The notes below the pieces were generated by a model. The model ran no database searches, was not told the DNA's origin, and worked only from the letters and a program-made list of their open reading frames with translations. A DNA stretch of 63,748 bases, the filler included, from Reclinomonas americana ATCC 50394 (Eukaryota): assembly GCA_048213135.1 (NCBI GenBank). It is 4 parts of 3 records of this genome, joined end to end, with 100 filler letters (N's around TTAATTAATTAA, not from the genome) between each part and the next. Parts side by side here need not be neighbours in the genome. Positions count along the whole stretch, not along the records: positions 42,748 to 57,441 come from PS015487.1; positions 57,542 to 63,748 come from PS015490.1; 2 more parts are not named here. One strand, written 5' to 3'. The position numbers and the translations under genes were made by a program. Position 1 is the first letter of the stretch. Each line of letters starts with the position of its first letter. Of this stretch, positions 46,110 through 59,649 are shown piece after piece.

Positions 46110-46197
46110 GTGGATACGGAGCGATCGTGAGGCTTCTTGTTTTCATTCGTGAATGCACGCAAGCGGGTGTCAGTGTGAATGCATGTGTTGCGTGAAC

Positions 46198-48310
46198 TCA
46201 CACCATCGGTCGCTCCTTGCGCGGTCGACCACGCGGTTTCTTTGGCGGGGCTGCTGCTGCTGCTGTTGGGATGTTGGGAGTGGCGGTGGCGGCAGCATTC
46301 GGTTTCGCCCGTTTCTCGACGGGCTCCAGCAGAGTGCCAGCCCCATCTGCGAGACGTGTCAGTCTTTCATTGTTGCCAACATTCAGCGTCAACAATCGAC
46401 TCCACGACACACCGTCGAGGGTACTCTCGGCCGTCTCCGTTGACAACAGTGGGAGCGCCAGTGCTTGTGTGAATGTGCGCTTGTGGCCTGCGCACAAATA
46501 GTGGTTGGGCCTGGGAACTTGCGAATATCGGGGAGCGTTCGTACCTGCTCCGAGTGACGTGCGACCCGTGCCCCACTGTGGAGCCACCGAACTGGGACCC
46601 ATGATGACGCGTTGTGGCAGCGCATTGCTGCCGGGCTCGAGGCCGCCGAATCGCACGATTGGTCCGTTGCGCACCAGCGACGGGATGTGGGCCTGCGCGA
46701 AACAGTCAGCTTCTAGGTAACGGCGTGTGACCTTCGCTGTCGACGCAACTGTTTCCTCTACCACGCGCTGCGCGAATGTGAGAATGTCGGCTGCTTGGCG
46801 GCGTGATTCGGCAATCGCTGTGCTCGGCAGAGAGCGCCACAACGCTGGCAGCGGATATCTGTTGTCGAGCGGTCAGCCGACTGCTACGAGTTCAAGGCTC
46901 ACAACCGACGCAACGTGTAGTGCTCTTCTGCGCCCGGGAAGCGCACCTCCGCATATGCTGGCACTTGCTTGGGCAGGTGCACTTGATACTGCGCAGGGGG
47001 GCATTGTTTGTAATCAGTCGCCGTATCCTGGACATTTCAAGGCTCACCTTGCTCTCCCAGTATGTTCGCACATCGTCGACAGCCCACGGCGCACGCGGAG
47101 CCTTGCCAATGCCGACAATCCAGCACTGCACATATGCAGAGAGAGTGAGGGCGATGAGGAAACGCGGCTGTGCATTCGTTGGCAACCTTTTGCGACGACT
47201 CACCACACTCATCATCGGCAGAGCGTAACACGCCCGCTCGATATCGCCGTTGGTGGCGTAGGGACCGGAGATGCCCGGGTCATCAAAGTACAGCCAGTGG
47301 CCTTGGTCGAAGCGCTCGCGAAACGCGCGAGGCAGATTGAGGCTCTCCACCGTCACGGGCAGGGCGCGCTTGACGGTGGCCTCCAGTGGCCACATGACTT
47401 CGGTGCCGCCTGTGAGAACCGGTGGACACTGTGCGGCCGGTGTGGCTCTTCCATCAGTCTCAAGAGTGTCTTTTGTTGCCGTACACGCTCACCAGTCGAA
47501 TTACTGGCGACAGAATCGGGGCGGCGCACGATTTCAGTCCGTCCGGGAGCTGGAAGAACTCGCAGCCACCGGCGTCACCGGCCGCCATTGGCAACCAGCA
47601 GCGACGGCGAAAGCCCTCGGCGACCATCTGGTACATGGCCTCGGCCAGCATGGCCGGCGGCACTTCGTTCTCCACGCTTCGCGATTCGCCGCCGTCCGCT
47701 GTCAGAGGCGTCACCAGCTGCACCAGCTGGTCAATACTGGTGCCACCGTCCTGGGTGTTTTGGTTCGTGAGACAGTCGAGTAAGAAAGTGGCGAGGAAAA
47801 GAAAGAAAGAGAGAGGTACCTTGTACAGCACGTGCAGCTGGTTGCTGGCGTCGACCAAATGCAACCAGTGCTCATCGGCGAGAGGCTGCTGTTTCACTTT
47901 GACCGACCACTCGTGTCAATCGTTCAACAACAACAACAACAACGAATGAATCATGCAACGACCAAGATACCTCGCTGTTGCAGCGCACACAGAACATCAG
48001 CTGGTGTGCGTGTCACGCAGGGGAGACTGGCGGCATACGAGGTGCCACTTGAAGTGCCACCGCCATCAATCGGACCGACCGATTTCAGGGGCACCGAAAA
48101 CATGCAAAGGTGGCCTCGTGCAGAATCGCCAGCAATACTCGGCATATCTGCCAGTGACAGAGGTAGTGCGCAGCGCAAGTGCGCCAGACAGACAGTCATC
48201 GTGTGTTTGACAAAAGTGCCTCTGCTCCGTCAAGTGGAAACAACAACAACGAAGCACGGGACCAAGGACGCAGGACTCTTTCCACGCACACACACGCCAC
48301 TGTCTCTGCA
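46198..48310 (-). CDS. Hypothetical protein with C-terminal AT-hook; start uncertain
   Basis: Several long ORF segments. The last exon ends PPKKPRGRPRKERPMV* (AT-hook core GRP). Confidence 0.5.
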
Positions 48311-48435
48311 TTACGTGTGTGCACGATAGAAGAGCTAAGGACAACTACATGAACGTCTAAACCGGAAACAACAAGCCACAGGGAAACGGAGTACTCGACC
48401 GTCGAGGGTCGGGAAAATATGAGAGGAAAAAGCGC

Positions 48436-49399
48436 TCACGACTTGCCGAGGAAGCTGTACGGCGTGAGACCGCGGTTGAACCTCAAGTACGCGAACGCAA
48501 GGATGCACGCCACGCCAACGCCGGCCACCACAGCCTCAGTCCGCATGCTGTTCATGTCCAAGCCGGGTTTCAGGCAGCTCACGGCCGGATCCGACGGCTG
48601 CATGCGAGTCAGACAGGCAGACGCCCTTCTTGCTACCTACCTATCCACAGTGGACCGACTGCTCACCGAGTAGTAGACACGCACGACCTTGCCTTCGGGG
48701 AACTCGTCAGCATCCTCCTGCCGGTTGCTCTCGCCCGCACGCACCGCCTCGCCGACATACACCACACCATCGACAACGTACTCGTACTGCACATTGGCAC
48801 GGTGCTCACTGTAGAGGCCGGGTTAGTCGACGAGAGGCGACCTGCAGTGCGCCACACACACGCAACATGATTCGCCGCCCGACGGCCTCGTACTTGAAGC
48901 TGGCGGTGATGATTCCCGGAGCCGACGGCCACGATGAGGAACGCGTCGACTCAAACACGCGATACGCTGGGTACACCAGCAGGCCGAGTCCCGCAATCAG
49001 CCAGAAGAGGTTGGTCGACTCCTCCACGCCATAGTCCTGCACACCACAAAGAGAGGGAGTGTGAGTGAGTGGGAACGATTGCTGTGAATGCAAGTGTGAG
49101 AGCGCACCCAGTCCAGGCGGCGAGCGTTGATGGCCTCCATGCTCTCAATGTCACCGCGCTTGTGGTGCGGCTTGGCCTCCACAATGCCCTTGTCACTGCA
49201 TGCATGCATGCATGTGTGTGAGTGCGAGTGCGTGAAATGCGAGAGCATCTCTCTCTCATTGTCTTGCATGCAACTCTTGCGGCTTTCCGCTGGACGCCGG
49301 TGGCGATGATGGTGGTGGAGGCTCAGTGGAGAAGGTGCGCACAGCAGCAAAGGTGCCGCGCGGAGCGGTCGCGCAGAGACGAGCACCGACTGTGTGCAT
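48436..49399 (-). CDS. Putative mitochondrial membrane protein (DUF3592-like)
   Basis: Transit-like N-terminus MHTVGARLCATAPRGTFAAVRTFST, a TM helix LFWLIAGLGLLVY followed by SSSWPSAPGII, and a second TM near the C-terminus. Confidence 0.55.
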
Positions 49400-49544
49400 C
49401 AGTGAGCGGCCGCACACACACACACACACGCTCTATTGTGTGTTGGCACATGAGAGGGGGACGCAACGCGACAGCAGACTGCCTGCAGAACGCACTCGCA
49501 GCGCTCCCAGCATGACAACAATGAGAAAAAATATGACGAAAATT

Positions 49545-50816
49545 TCACTGGGACTTCTTGCTGTCCTCCTTGCGCTTGAGACGACGGTTGCGCACGCCCT
49601 GCATGACGCTGAGAGACCTCTGCAGCAGCGTCTTGGTCGGCAGCAGGCTGGAAATGTACTCGATAATGTTGTGGCGCCACACTGGCGACACGCTCACGTC
49701 GCGACCGACACGAGCGAGGGTCTCGCGCACAAAGCGATGCGCCGACACGGTGAAGCCACGCTCGCTGCGGAAGCCGCTCATGCTCGAGGCCACAAAGTAC
49801 GGCTTGGAGCACATGATCGTCACGCCATCGCGACGGTACCTGCAGGCAAGAGGTCAGACAATGATGACGACGAACGACGTGCTCGAATGCTATGCAACTC
49901 CTCGCTCATGGCAGTCGACCAGTTATCGATGAATGACTTGGTGGCACCGTAGACGGCCATCAGCGGCACCGGGAAGGTGCCAGAGAAGGAGCCGAGGTTG
50001 ACAATCAGGCCCTGTCATGCACACAAAACATCAGCATCATATTTCTCCGATCGCACTTATGTGTGTTGTCTCCGCACCAAGCGATTCTCAATCATCTTCG
50101 GCAGCACCAGCGACGTCATGCGCAGCATCGAGTTGATGTTGACGCGCACGACCGACTCGGACACCTCAATCGCCTGCTCCACATAGCGCTCGGGCGTCTC
50201 GGTCGAGTTGATGCCGACATTGTTGACGAGAATGGTCACTTGCTTGCCACGCAGTGCGGCCTCAATGGGCGGGTACACGCGATCGTCGGGCTGCGCAAAG
50301 TCCACCGCCACCGTCTCCACCTTGATCGACGGCGCCTGCTTGCTCAACTCCGCAGCCAGTGCGTCCAGCTTGGACGCCGTGCGGCTCACCAGCAGCAGGT
50401 TGATGCCGCGGCTGGCCAGCACCTCTGCAAAGCCCTTGCCAATGCCATCGCTGGCACCCGTGATCACTGCGTGTGTGCATGCGCGCAGTGTGGGTTCGGA
50501 GTTTACACGTGTGCAAGTGATGTGCATGTGCACGAACCGGCCCACTTTCCGGCGCCCACGTACTTCTTCAGGCTGACTGGCGGGCGGACAAAGCTGTTGA
50601 ACAGCCACACTGCAGGCGGAGGAGCAGGCAGCAGAGAGGCAGAGAGGCAGACGGGGGGGGAGAGGTGTGAGACATTTTCGCTGACCACTCTCACGCGCTC
50701 GGTCTGTCACACGCACCCAGCAGCTTGGCGGCGAACACAAAGACGGTGAAGAGACCGACAAAGAGCACAAGGCGACCGACCGTCGAGCCCTCGATGAAGC
50801 CAAGCGCCGCGAGCAT
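49545..50816 (-). CDS. Very-long-chain 3-oxoacyl-CoA reductase / 17-beta-HSD12-like SDR
   Basis: N-terminal TM, VITGASDGIGKG, ILVNNVG, catalytic YGATK, PYFVASSMS and a KK-type C-terminus. Confidence 0.9.
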
Positions 50817-50945
50817 GGTGAGATTAGATGAAACGAAATGACGGCCTTCGTCGACCCATCCGCCTGTGGATTTCCCACTTCCGCTATTTTAGCTCGCCGC
50901 GCGCGTTAACCAGTGCAATCTTCTTTGCTTCCTAAACCAGCAACC

Positions 50946-52033
50946 ATGGTGAGTCTGGCGCGCGCCTGACGATTGCGCATAAGAGAGTGTGTGTGTGTGT
51001 CAGAGTGATGGCCCCGCATGTTTCTCTGTCCTCTTTTCCTCTGCACACGCACGCACGCTCTGCTCAACCGCCGCTGACTGTGTTGCGTTGCAGGGTATGT
51101 CCGGAGTTGAGGCCAACCAGGAGTGCGTGTCGCAGTTCGCTCGTGTGCGCGCACGAGAGCTCGCCTACGTCATTTTCACTGTGCACATGGAGAACAACCA
51201 GGTGAGAGAAGAGAGGAGAGACAGTGTGAGCATGTGTGTGGGAGGGAGAGAGAGAGAATGAGCGGTAGAGAGGCGTGTGTGTCAACAGACATGCTCGGAG
51301 AAAAGCACACGCACTCTTTTCTCGTTTTTTTGCACGTCGGGGGTCGCGTGTACTACCCTGCGTCTCTCGCTGGCCTCTGTGCGCGTTCTCTGACGACTTG
51401 CACACGTCTTTGTGTGTGAGTTTTTTGGCGTGTGATGTCGCGTCTGGCGGGCCCTCCTCGGTTATTTGTGTGTGCGTGTCTGCCTCTGTGTGTGTGTGTG
51501 TGTGTGTGTGTGAGCATCAGACAGTAGTGTCCGCCTTTTTTGTCTTGTCGACGAATGATGAGGGTGTTGGATTTTGTTTGTATGTGAAGCAAGGACATGG
51601 CCTCAATATACACTCCCTTCTCCTCTGCAGCCCAAGGACATCCGCCCGGTTGCCGAGGGTGTGCAGGGCGAGTCGCCCGAGGCCACCTGGGACGAGTTCG
51701 TCGCCCAGCTGCCGCGCAATGAGGGCCGCTTTGGCGTGTTTGACCTGCGCAAGCAGACGGCCGATGGTCGTCAGGTGGAGAAGGTCATCTTCGTCACATG
51801 GTGAGTCCAGCTCCTCACTCACTCGCACTGTTGTCCGCCCCGTATCGCTCATGTTGTCGTCTCGACTGTATAGGGCGCCGTCAGAGGCGTCGGTGCGCAA
51901 CCGCATGATTGTCGCCTCGTCGCAGGATGCACTGAAGGCCAAGTTCGACGCTGCTGGCATGCCGCACGTGCAGGCCAACGACGCCGACGAGTTGGTGTAC
52001 TCGACGGTGGTCGCCAAGGTCATCCGCGAGTAA
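50946..52033 (+). CDS. Actin-depolymerizing factor / cofilin
   Basis: ATG followed immediately by an intron, then GMSGVEANQEC, YVIF, TWDEFVAQLPRNEGRFGVFD, VIFVTW|APSEASVRNRMIVASSQDALK and VQANDADEL. Confidence 0.92.
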
Positions 52034-52246
52034 GCGGCTGACTGAGGCCAGCTGTCTTTTTCTCCTGTGTGTGTGTGTGTGTGTGTCTTTGTGTGTGGCT
52101 GTGAAATCATGTGGTGTGTGAGGGGAGTCAGGATCAGTGTTGCGCGCGGTAAATCCTCGTCAACCCTTGCAACTTTTGTGTGTGTGTGTGTGGAAGAGAG
52201 AACTGTGGAGATGCTTCACTGTGCTGCTGTCGACGTGCCTCTCCCC

Positions 52247-54374
<2,128 letters not shown>

Positions 54375-55374
54375 NNNNNNNNNNNNNNNNNNNNNNNNNN
54401 NNNNNNNNNNNNNNNNNNNNNNNNNNNNNNNNNNNNNNNNNNNNNNNNNNNNNNNNNNNNNNNNNNNNNNNNNNNNNNNNNNNNNNNNNNNNNNNNNNNN
54501 NNNNNNNNNNNNNNNNNNNNNNNNNNNNNNNNNNNNNNNNNNNNNNNNNNNNNNNNNNNNNNNNNNNNNNNNNNNNNNNNNNNNNNNNNNNNNNNNNNNN
54601 NNNNNNNNNNNNNNNNNNNNNNNNNNNNNNNNNNNNNNNNNNNNNNNNNNNNNNNNNNNNNNNNNNNNNNNNNNNNNNNNNNNNNNNNNNNNNNNNNNNN
54701 NNNNNNNNNNNNNNNNNNNNNNNNNNNNNNNNNNNNNNNNNNNNNNNNNNNNNNNNNNNNNNNNNNNNNNNNNNNNNNNNNNNNNNNNNNNNNNNNNNNN
54801 NNNNNNNNNNNNNNNNNNNNNNNNNNNNNNNNNNNNNNNNNNNNNNNNNNNNNNNNNNNNNNNNNNNNNNNNNNNNNNNNNNNNNNNNNNNNNNNNNNNN
54901 NNNNNNNNNNNNNNNNNNNNNNNNNNNNNNNNNNNNNNNNNNNNNNNNNNNNNNNNNNNNNNNNNNNNNNNNNNNNNNNNNNNNNNNNNNNNNNNNNNNN
55001 NNNNNNNNNNNNNNNNNNNNNNNNNNNNNNNNNNNNNNNNNNNNNNNNNNNNNNNNNNNNNNNNNNNNNNNNNNNNNNNNNNNNNNNNNNNNNNNNNNNN
55101 NNNNNNNNNNNNNNNNNNNNNNNNNNNNNNNNNNNNNNNNNNNNNNNNNNNNNNNNNNNNNNNNNNNNNNNNNNNNNNNNNNNNNNNNNNNNNNNNNNNN
55201 NNNNNNNNNNNNNNNNNNNNNNNNNNNNNNNNNNNNNNNNNNNNNNNNNNNNNNNNNNNNNNNNNNNNNNNNNNNNNNNNNNNNNNNNNNNNNNNNNNNN
55301 NNNNNNNNNNNNNNNNNNNNNNNNNNNNNNNNNNNNNNNNNNNNNNTGTCGTTTGTTTACTTCGTTCTAATCAA

Positions 55375-56691
55375 TTAATCGTCTACGACTGGTGGCGGTG
55401 GGACGGCGGCCGCCGACGTCTTCTTGGCGCCCGTGCCTGTGCAACCGCGCCACCGTCGCGCGAGGATCCACCGCTCCTTCTCCCAGTCCCAGAACTGCGG
55501 GCGATGCTCGCCAGCCCGCTCCTGATCCCACCGATGCAACGCTTGCATGCAGGCGTCGAGACGCGCGTTGCAAAAGAGCGCCGATGATCGTCGCTGTGCC
55601 GGACCCATGCCCACGCACAGGAGACGAGCACGGCCCATCTCCACGCAAAACGGCGACGGCCGTTCGTCGAGGCTGGCGTCTTGTTGCTGCTGACCCATGT
55701 CGGCGGCGGTGATTCGTCGTACCAGCGACTCGAGATCGAAATTGAAGGGCAAGTGCAGCACCGCCAGGTCGCACGCACGCGACAAGGTGTGCACGAGCAG
55801 CTCGACGAGGGTGGTGGCACCGAGAGGAAGATCACTGATTGTTTCCTGCTGCGAATACTCGCCGCCACCCCACGGTGGAGATGCAAACATGCAACACGGA
55901 AACTCCTCGTCCGCGGTCGACGTGAGACGCGCAGCCAGGTAATCGTTACAGTCCATGGGCGCACGTACATCGACGTGCGACAAGCCGAGCACATCGCACA
56001 CATTGTGGCGACAGTCGGCCCCACGGTCCGCCTCCAGCTCCACGCCAGTGACACGCGCAAAGAACGAGTGACGACCCAGGCCAGCCAACATGCCGCCACT
56101 GCCCGCAGCAAAGTCCACTGCCTCGCTGGCACTGGCCCCAGCCGCGCGCATCAGCGTCGCCATCAGCTCCGCAATGTCGTCGGCTGTGTGCTGATCGATG
56201 AGCGAGTACTCGCCCTCACGATCCACACGCAGTCGCACACGCTGCTCAAAGTCCACGTCCGGGAACGAGGTGTCCAGCTTGGAGAGCGCAGGCGCCACAC
56301 GCAGTGGCGGTCCTGGCGTCTTCTCCACTGCTGCTGCCGAGCTCTCCCCTCCATCTCCGTCACCTCGTTCACGCTCACGTTCCTCATCAATGCGCAACAC
56401 TCCATTCAGTGCACGCACAGCTGCGTCACGTGCACCCTCACTCGGCATGTAGACGTATGCCCACCCGCGTGAGTGGCCTCCACTAGTCTTGTCCACACGC
56501 ACTCGCGTGCAGCCGAACGGAGCAAATGCCGCCCTGCGACGAGGAGATCGGTGAGACCGACAGAGTGAGGGCTTTGTGCGTGTGTGTGCATGCAACTTGA
56601 GTGCTCGACGCACGCCAACGCCTCGGACGTGCCGGCGCAGACCACTGACAAAGGCCACAGAGGCACTGCGTGCGGTCTTCACGTCGCTCAT
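55375..56691 (-). CDS. RRM-fused trimethylguanosine synthase (TGS1-like RNA cap guanine-N2 methyltransferase)
   Basis: N-terminal RRM (AFVSGL as RNP2; SRGWAYVYM as RNP1; AVRALNG). Then VDREGEYSL, a SAM motif VDFAAGSGG, GVELE, CRHNV and FASPPWGG, the TGS1 family motif. Confidence 0.8.
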   Translation of the reverse strand: MSDVKTARSASVAFVSGLRRHVRGVGVRRALKLHAHTRTKPSLCRSHRSPRRRAAFAPFGCTRVRVDKTSGGHSRGWAYVYMPSEGARDAAVRALNGVLRIDEERERERGDGDGGESSAAAVEKTPGPPLRVAPALSKLDTSFPDVDFEQRVRLRVDREGEYSLIDQHTADDIAELMATLMRAAGASASEAVDFAAGSGGMLAGLGRHSFFARVTGVELEADRGADCRHNVCDVLGLSHVDVRAPMDCNDYLAARLTSTADEEFPCCMFASPPWGGGEYSQQETISDLPLGATTLVELLVHTLSRACDLAVLHLPFNFDLESLVRRITAADMGQQQQDASLDERPSPFCVEMGRARLLCVGMGPAQRRSSALFCNARLDACMQALHRWDQERAGEHRPQFWDWEKERWILARRWRGCTGTGAKKTSAAAVPPPPVVDD

Positions 56692-56787
56692 TGCGGAAGA
56701 CCGGAAGGAGGAAGGACAAGGGACGAGGCACATGCATTCGTGGTTTCAACCCATTCATTCCTACGTATAGTGTGCTGTCGCTGACGA

Positions 56788-57289
56788 TTAGTGTGAGTGC
56801 TGTGCGCGGAGAGTCTCATAAATGAGCAGCTTCCACAGCCCCATCACAAACGCATCAGTGTCCTCGTCCAACACTGCCTCTAGTTCCACGACAATCTCCC
56901 TGGGTGCAGCATGCGACACAATCTTCTGCCTCACAAACTCAAGCAACGTGCTCTCCTCCTCGCCCAGCAGCTCCACCATCTTGCGCTTCACCCACGGAAT
57001 CAGCTTGCCAGTGATGATCTCCGGCGTCTGCACAAACGGTGAGTATGTGCACAGAACACCTCCCTCACGCAAGCACACATGTGCACCTGATCGACAATGG
57101 CCCAGTTGACCCGGTATGCGTACAGGCCTGCCTTGTCGCTCGGCACTTGTTCAATGAGCGACTGGCGGCACAATACGCACACACGGAACACACAAAGAGG
57201 AGAGGAGAGAACGAGCAGAGACGTCAGCAATGTGTGGCATGAACAGCATGTGCGTACCTCTCTGCCGTGCAATGCTCTCTGTGCATCTA
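56788..57289 (-). CDS. PWI-domain protein (RBM25/Snu71 C-terminus-like)
   Basis: SLIEQVPSDKAGLYAYRVNWAIVD|..PWVKRKMVELLGEEESTLLEFV...VLDEDTDAFVMGLWKLLIYET matches the RBM25-type PWI domain. The 5' extent is uncertain because of the gap at 57442. Confidence 0.82.
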
Positions 57290-58657
57290 TGTGTGGGGAA
57301 GGAGCTCTACATGTGAAAATACCGTGCGGGGTCCGCGTACGCGCTTCCGATGCTTACCACTGTCGGGACGGATAAAAAAAACACCCACACACAAAACCAC
57401 CACCGCACGCGAAAAGAAGAAGCACACCACTCACGCCTCCANNNNNNNNNNNNNNNNNNNNNNNNNNNNNNNNNNNNNNNNNNNNTTAATTAATTAANNN
57501 NNNNNNNNNNNNNNNNNNNNNNNNNNNNNNNNNNNNNNNNNCAAGAGAAAGTGTTGGAGGAGAACAGCCTTGTCTTTTCAGAGAGACAACAAGAATTCAA
57601 AATTGCAATAGCGACTTGTCCCGCTCACCCGACAACCAAACTGGGAATGGTGGTATTGCCGCGCTCGACGCGTCTTGACAAGCAGGGCCTTCAGTTGACA
57701 TTGTGTGTTTGTGTGTTTGTGTGTGTGTGCCAGCGTCACTCGAGTGGCGCTGGAGCGCTTGAAAAGCGCAGTGCGCCCACCGGTTGATCATGAGATACCG
57801 CTGCGAGGTGAGATTCGCGATCGGTTGCCTAATTTGGCAAGACGCGCGCGCGTGCGAGTGCCCTTCTGCAGGTGGCGAGGCGCACCGAGGAGAAGCAAAC
57901 GCCGCCCGTCACAGCGCAGTGCATCAAAGTGTTCCTAGTTATAACAGCGCGCGTATTCGCGAACGCAGCGTTTACGTTGACGATCGGGAAATCTGCATGA
58001 TTATTCTTCCACGCACAGCACAAACATGGCACATCCGTCACCCACTGCTCCACCGCCCTCCTTTTACTGCGAGAGGCAGAGTGCTGTTCATATAGACAAA
58101 TCAGACTCACGAACAGACAGACTGCGCCGCAGAAGAGCCACATCCGTGTTCGGATCCTGTCTCACACACGCACATGGCATCCAAGCGACCGCCAAACAAT
58201 TCCTAGTGCGCTGCGATTTCAAACGATTTCCTTCCCTGTGTGCATAACACCGCAGTGGTTCTTGCGGTAGACGCTCTTGGCCAAGGCCATCGATATATGT
58301 CGCTGCGCTTCAGCTCTGCATATCTCTCTCTCTCTCTCTCTCCGGATCCTCTCTCTCTCTCTCCCTTCATTCCTTCGTTTCGACCGCGCGCCGCACACAT
58401 GCACAGCAGGGCACTGCAGTTTCGGCCGCGCGCGCAGCGCTGCGGCGTTCGACTGCTGTTTTGGGTTGAGTGATTCGGCGACGTCTAACTTTTTCTCACC
58501 TGCAGCGCAGCACACCACCACCATCACGACTACCAGCAGCAGATGTAATACGCTGACAAACAAGCGACAGCAGCATGATCGCAGCGAGTCTAATTGTGTC
58601 CAAAACATAGACCTTGACAAACGTGCTTCACTGAGTTGTTGATTGCACAGGAAGAGA

Positions 58658-58691
<34 letters not shown>

Positions 58692-59649
58692 CAGAGAGAG
58701 AGACGAGAGTGAGAAGAGACGGAGTGAAAATAGACAAATATCGAAACGGCCAATTGACCACTTTCGCATCTTGAGACAGACAGAGAGAGAAAGAGAAAGA
58801 GAAAGAGAGAGAGAGAGAGAATAGGGTGAAGAGAGAGAGAGAGAGAAGAGAAGAGAGAGAGAGAGAGAGAGTAGAGNNNNNNNNNNNNNNNNNNNNNNNN
58901 NNNNNNNNNNNNNNNNNNNNNNNNNNNNNNNNNNNNNNNNNNNNNNNNNNNNNNNNNNNNNNNNNNNNNNNNNNNNNNNNNNNNNNNNNNNNNNNNNNNN
59001 NNNNNNNNNNNNNNNAGAAGAGAAAGAGAAAGAGAGAGAGAGATGGAGCGCGGCAGCGTGACAGTGTGTCAGCGAGAGAGATCACTGACAGGGAAAGTCA
59101 TTGCCGTAAGTGTGTTGATGTGTATGTGAGGTAGTGATAGCTGGCATGCAGGTAGTGTGCGTGTATGTGTGAGTGAGTGTGAGTGAGTGAGTGAGTGAGT
59201 GAGAGAGAGAGAGAGTGAGTGAGTGAGTGACAGAGAGAGAGTGAGAGAGAAGAGATAGTGAGTGAGTGAGTGAGTGTGTGACAGAGAGAGAGCGTGAGTG
59301 AGTGTACATTATATACATGTGAGTGAGTGAGAAAGTGAGTGAGTATGTGCTTGAGAGAGAGGGGTTAGAATATAAAGAGCGATTGCCATAGTACGTAAGA
59401 GAAAGAGAGAGCTGGGCGTTGCCAGCAGTGCGTGACGTGCGTGTGCGTGTGCGTGTGTACCGGTTTTCACAATCGGACAAATGACGCATGATTGTCCACA
59501 TTCCAGTAATCTAAGCGCGTTGTGAAGCACACGCCGCTCCACTCACTTCCATCGTCAGTGAGTCACTCACTCACTCTCGCCATACAGCGAGCGACTAAAA
59601 AAAAAAGAGAGAGCGCGCAAGACAAGCACGCGCTCACAGAAAGACAAGA

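Noticed and set aside
50946..51092. Intron immediately after the cofilin ATG
   Set aside because: A well-known conserved feature of ADF/cofilin genes.
57551..58100. Possible small spliced gene or ncRNA after the third linker
   Set aside because: Some splice-like signals are present, but there is no recognisable motif or convincing model.
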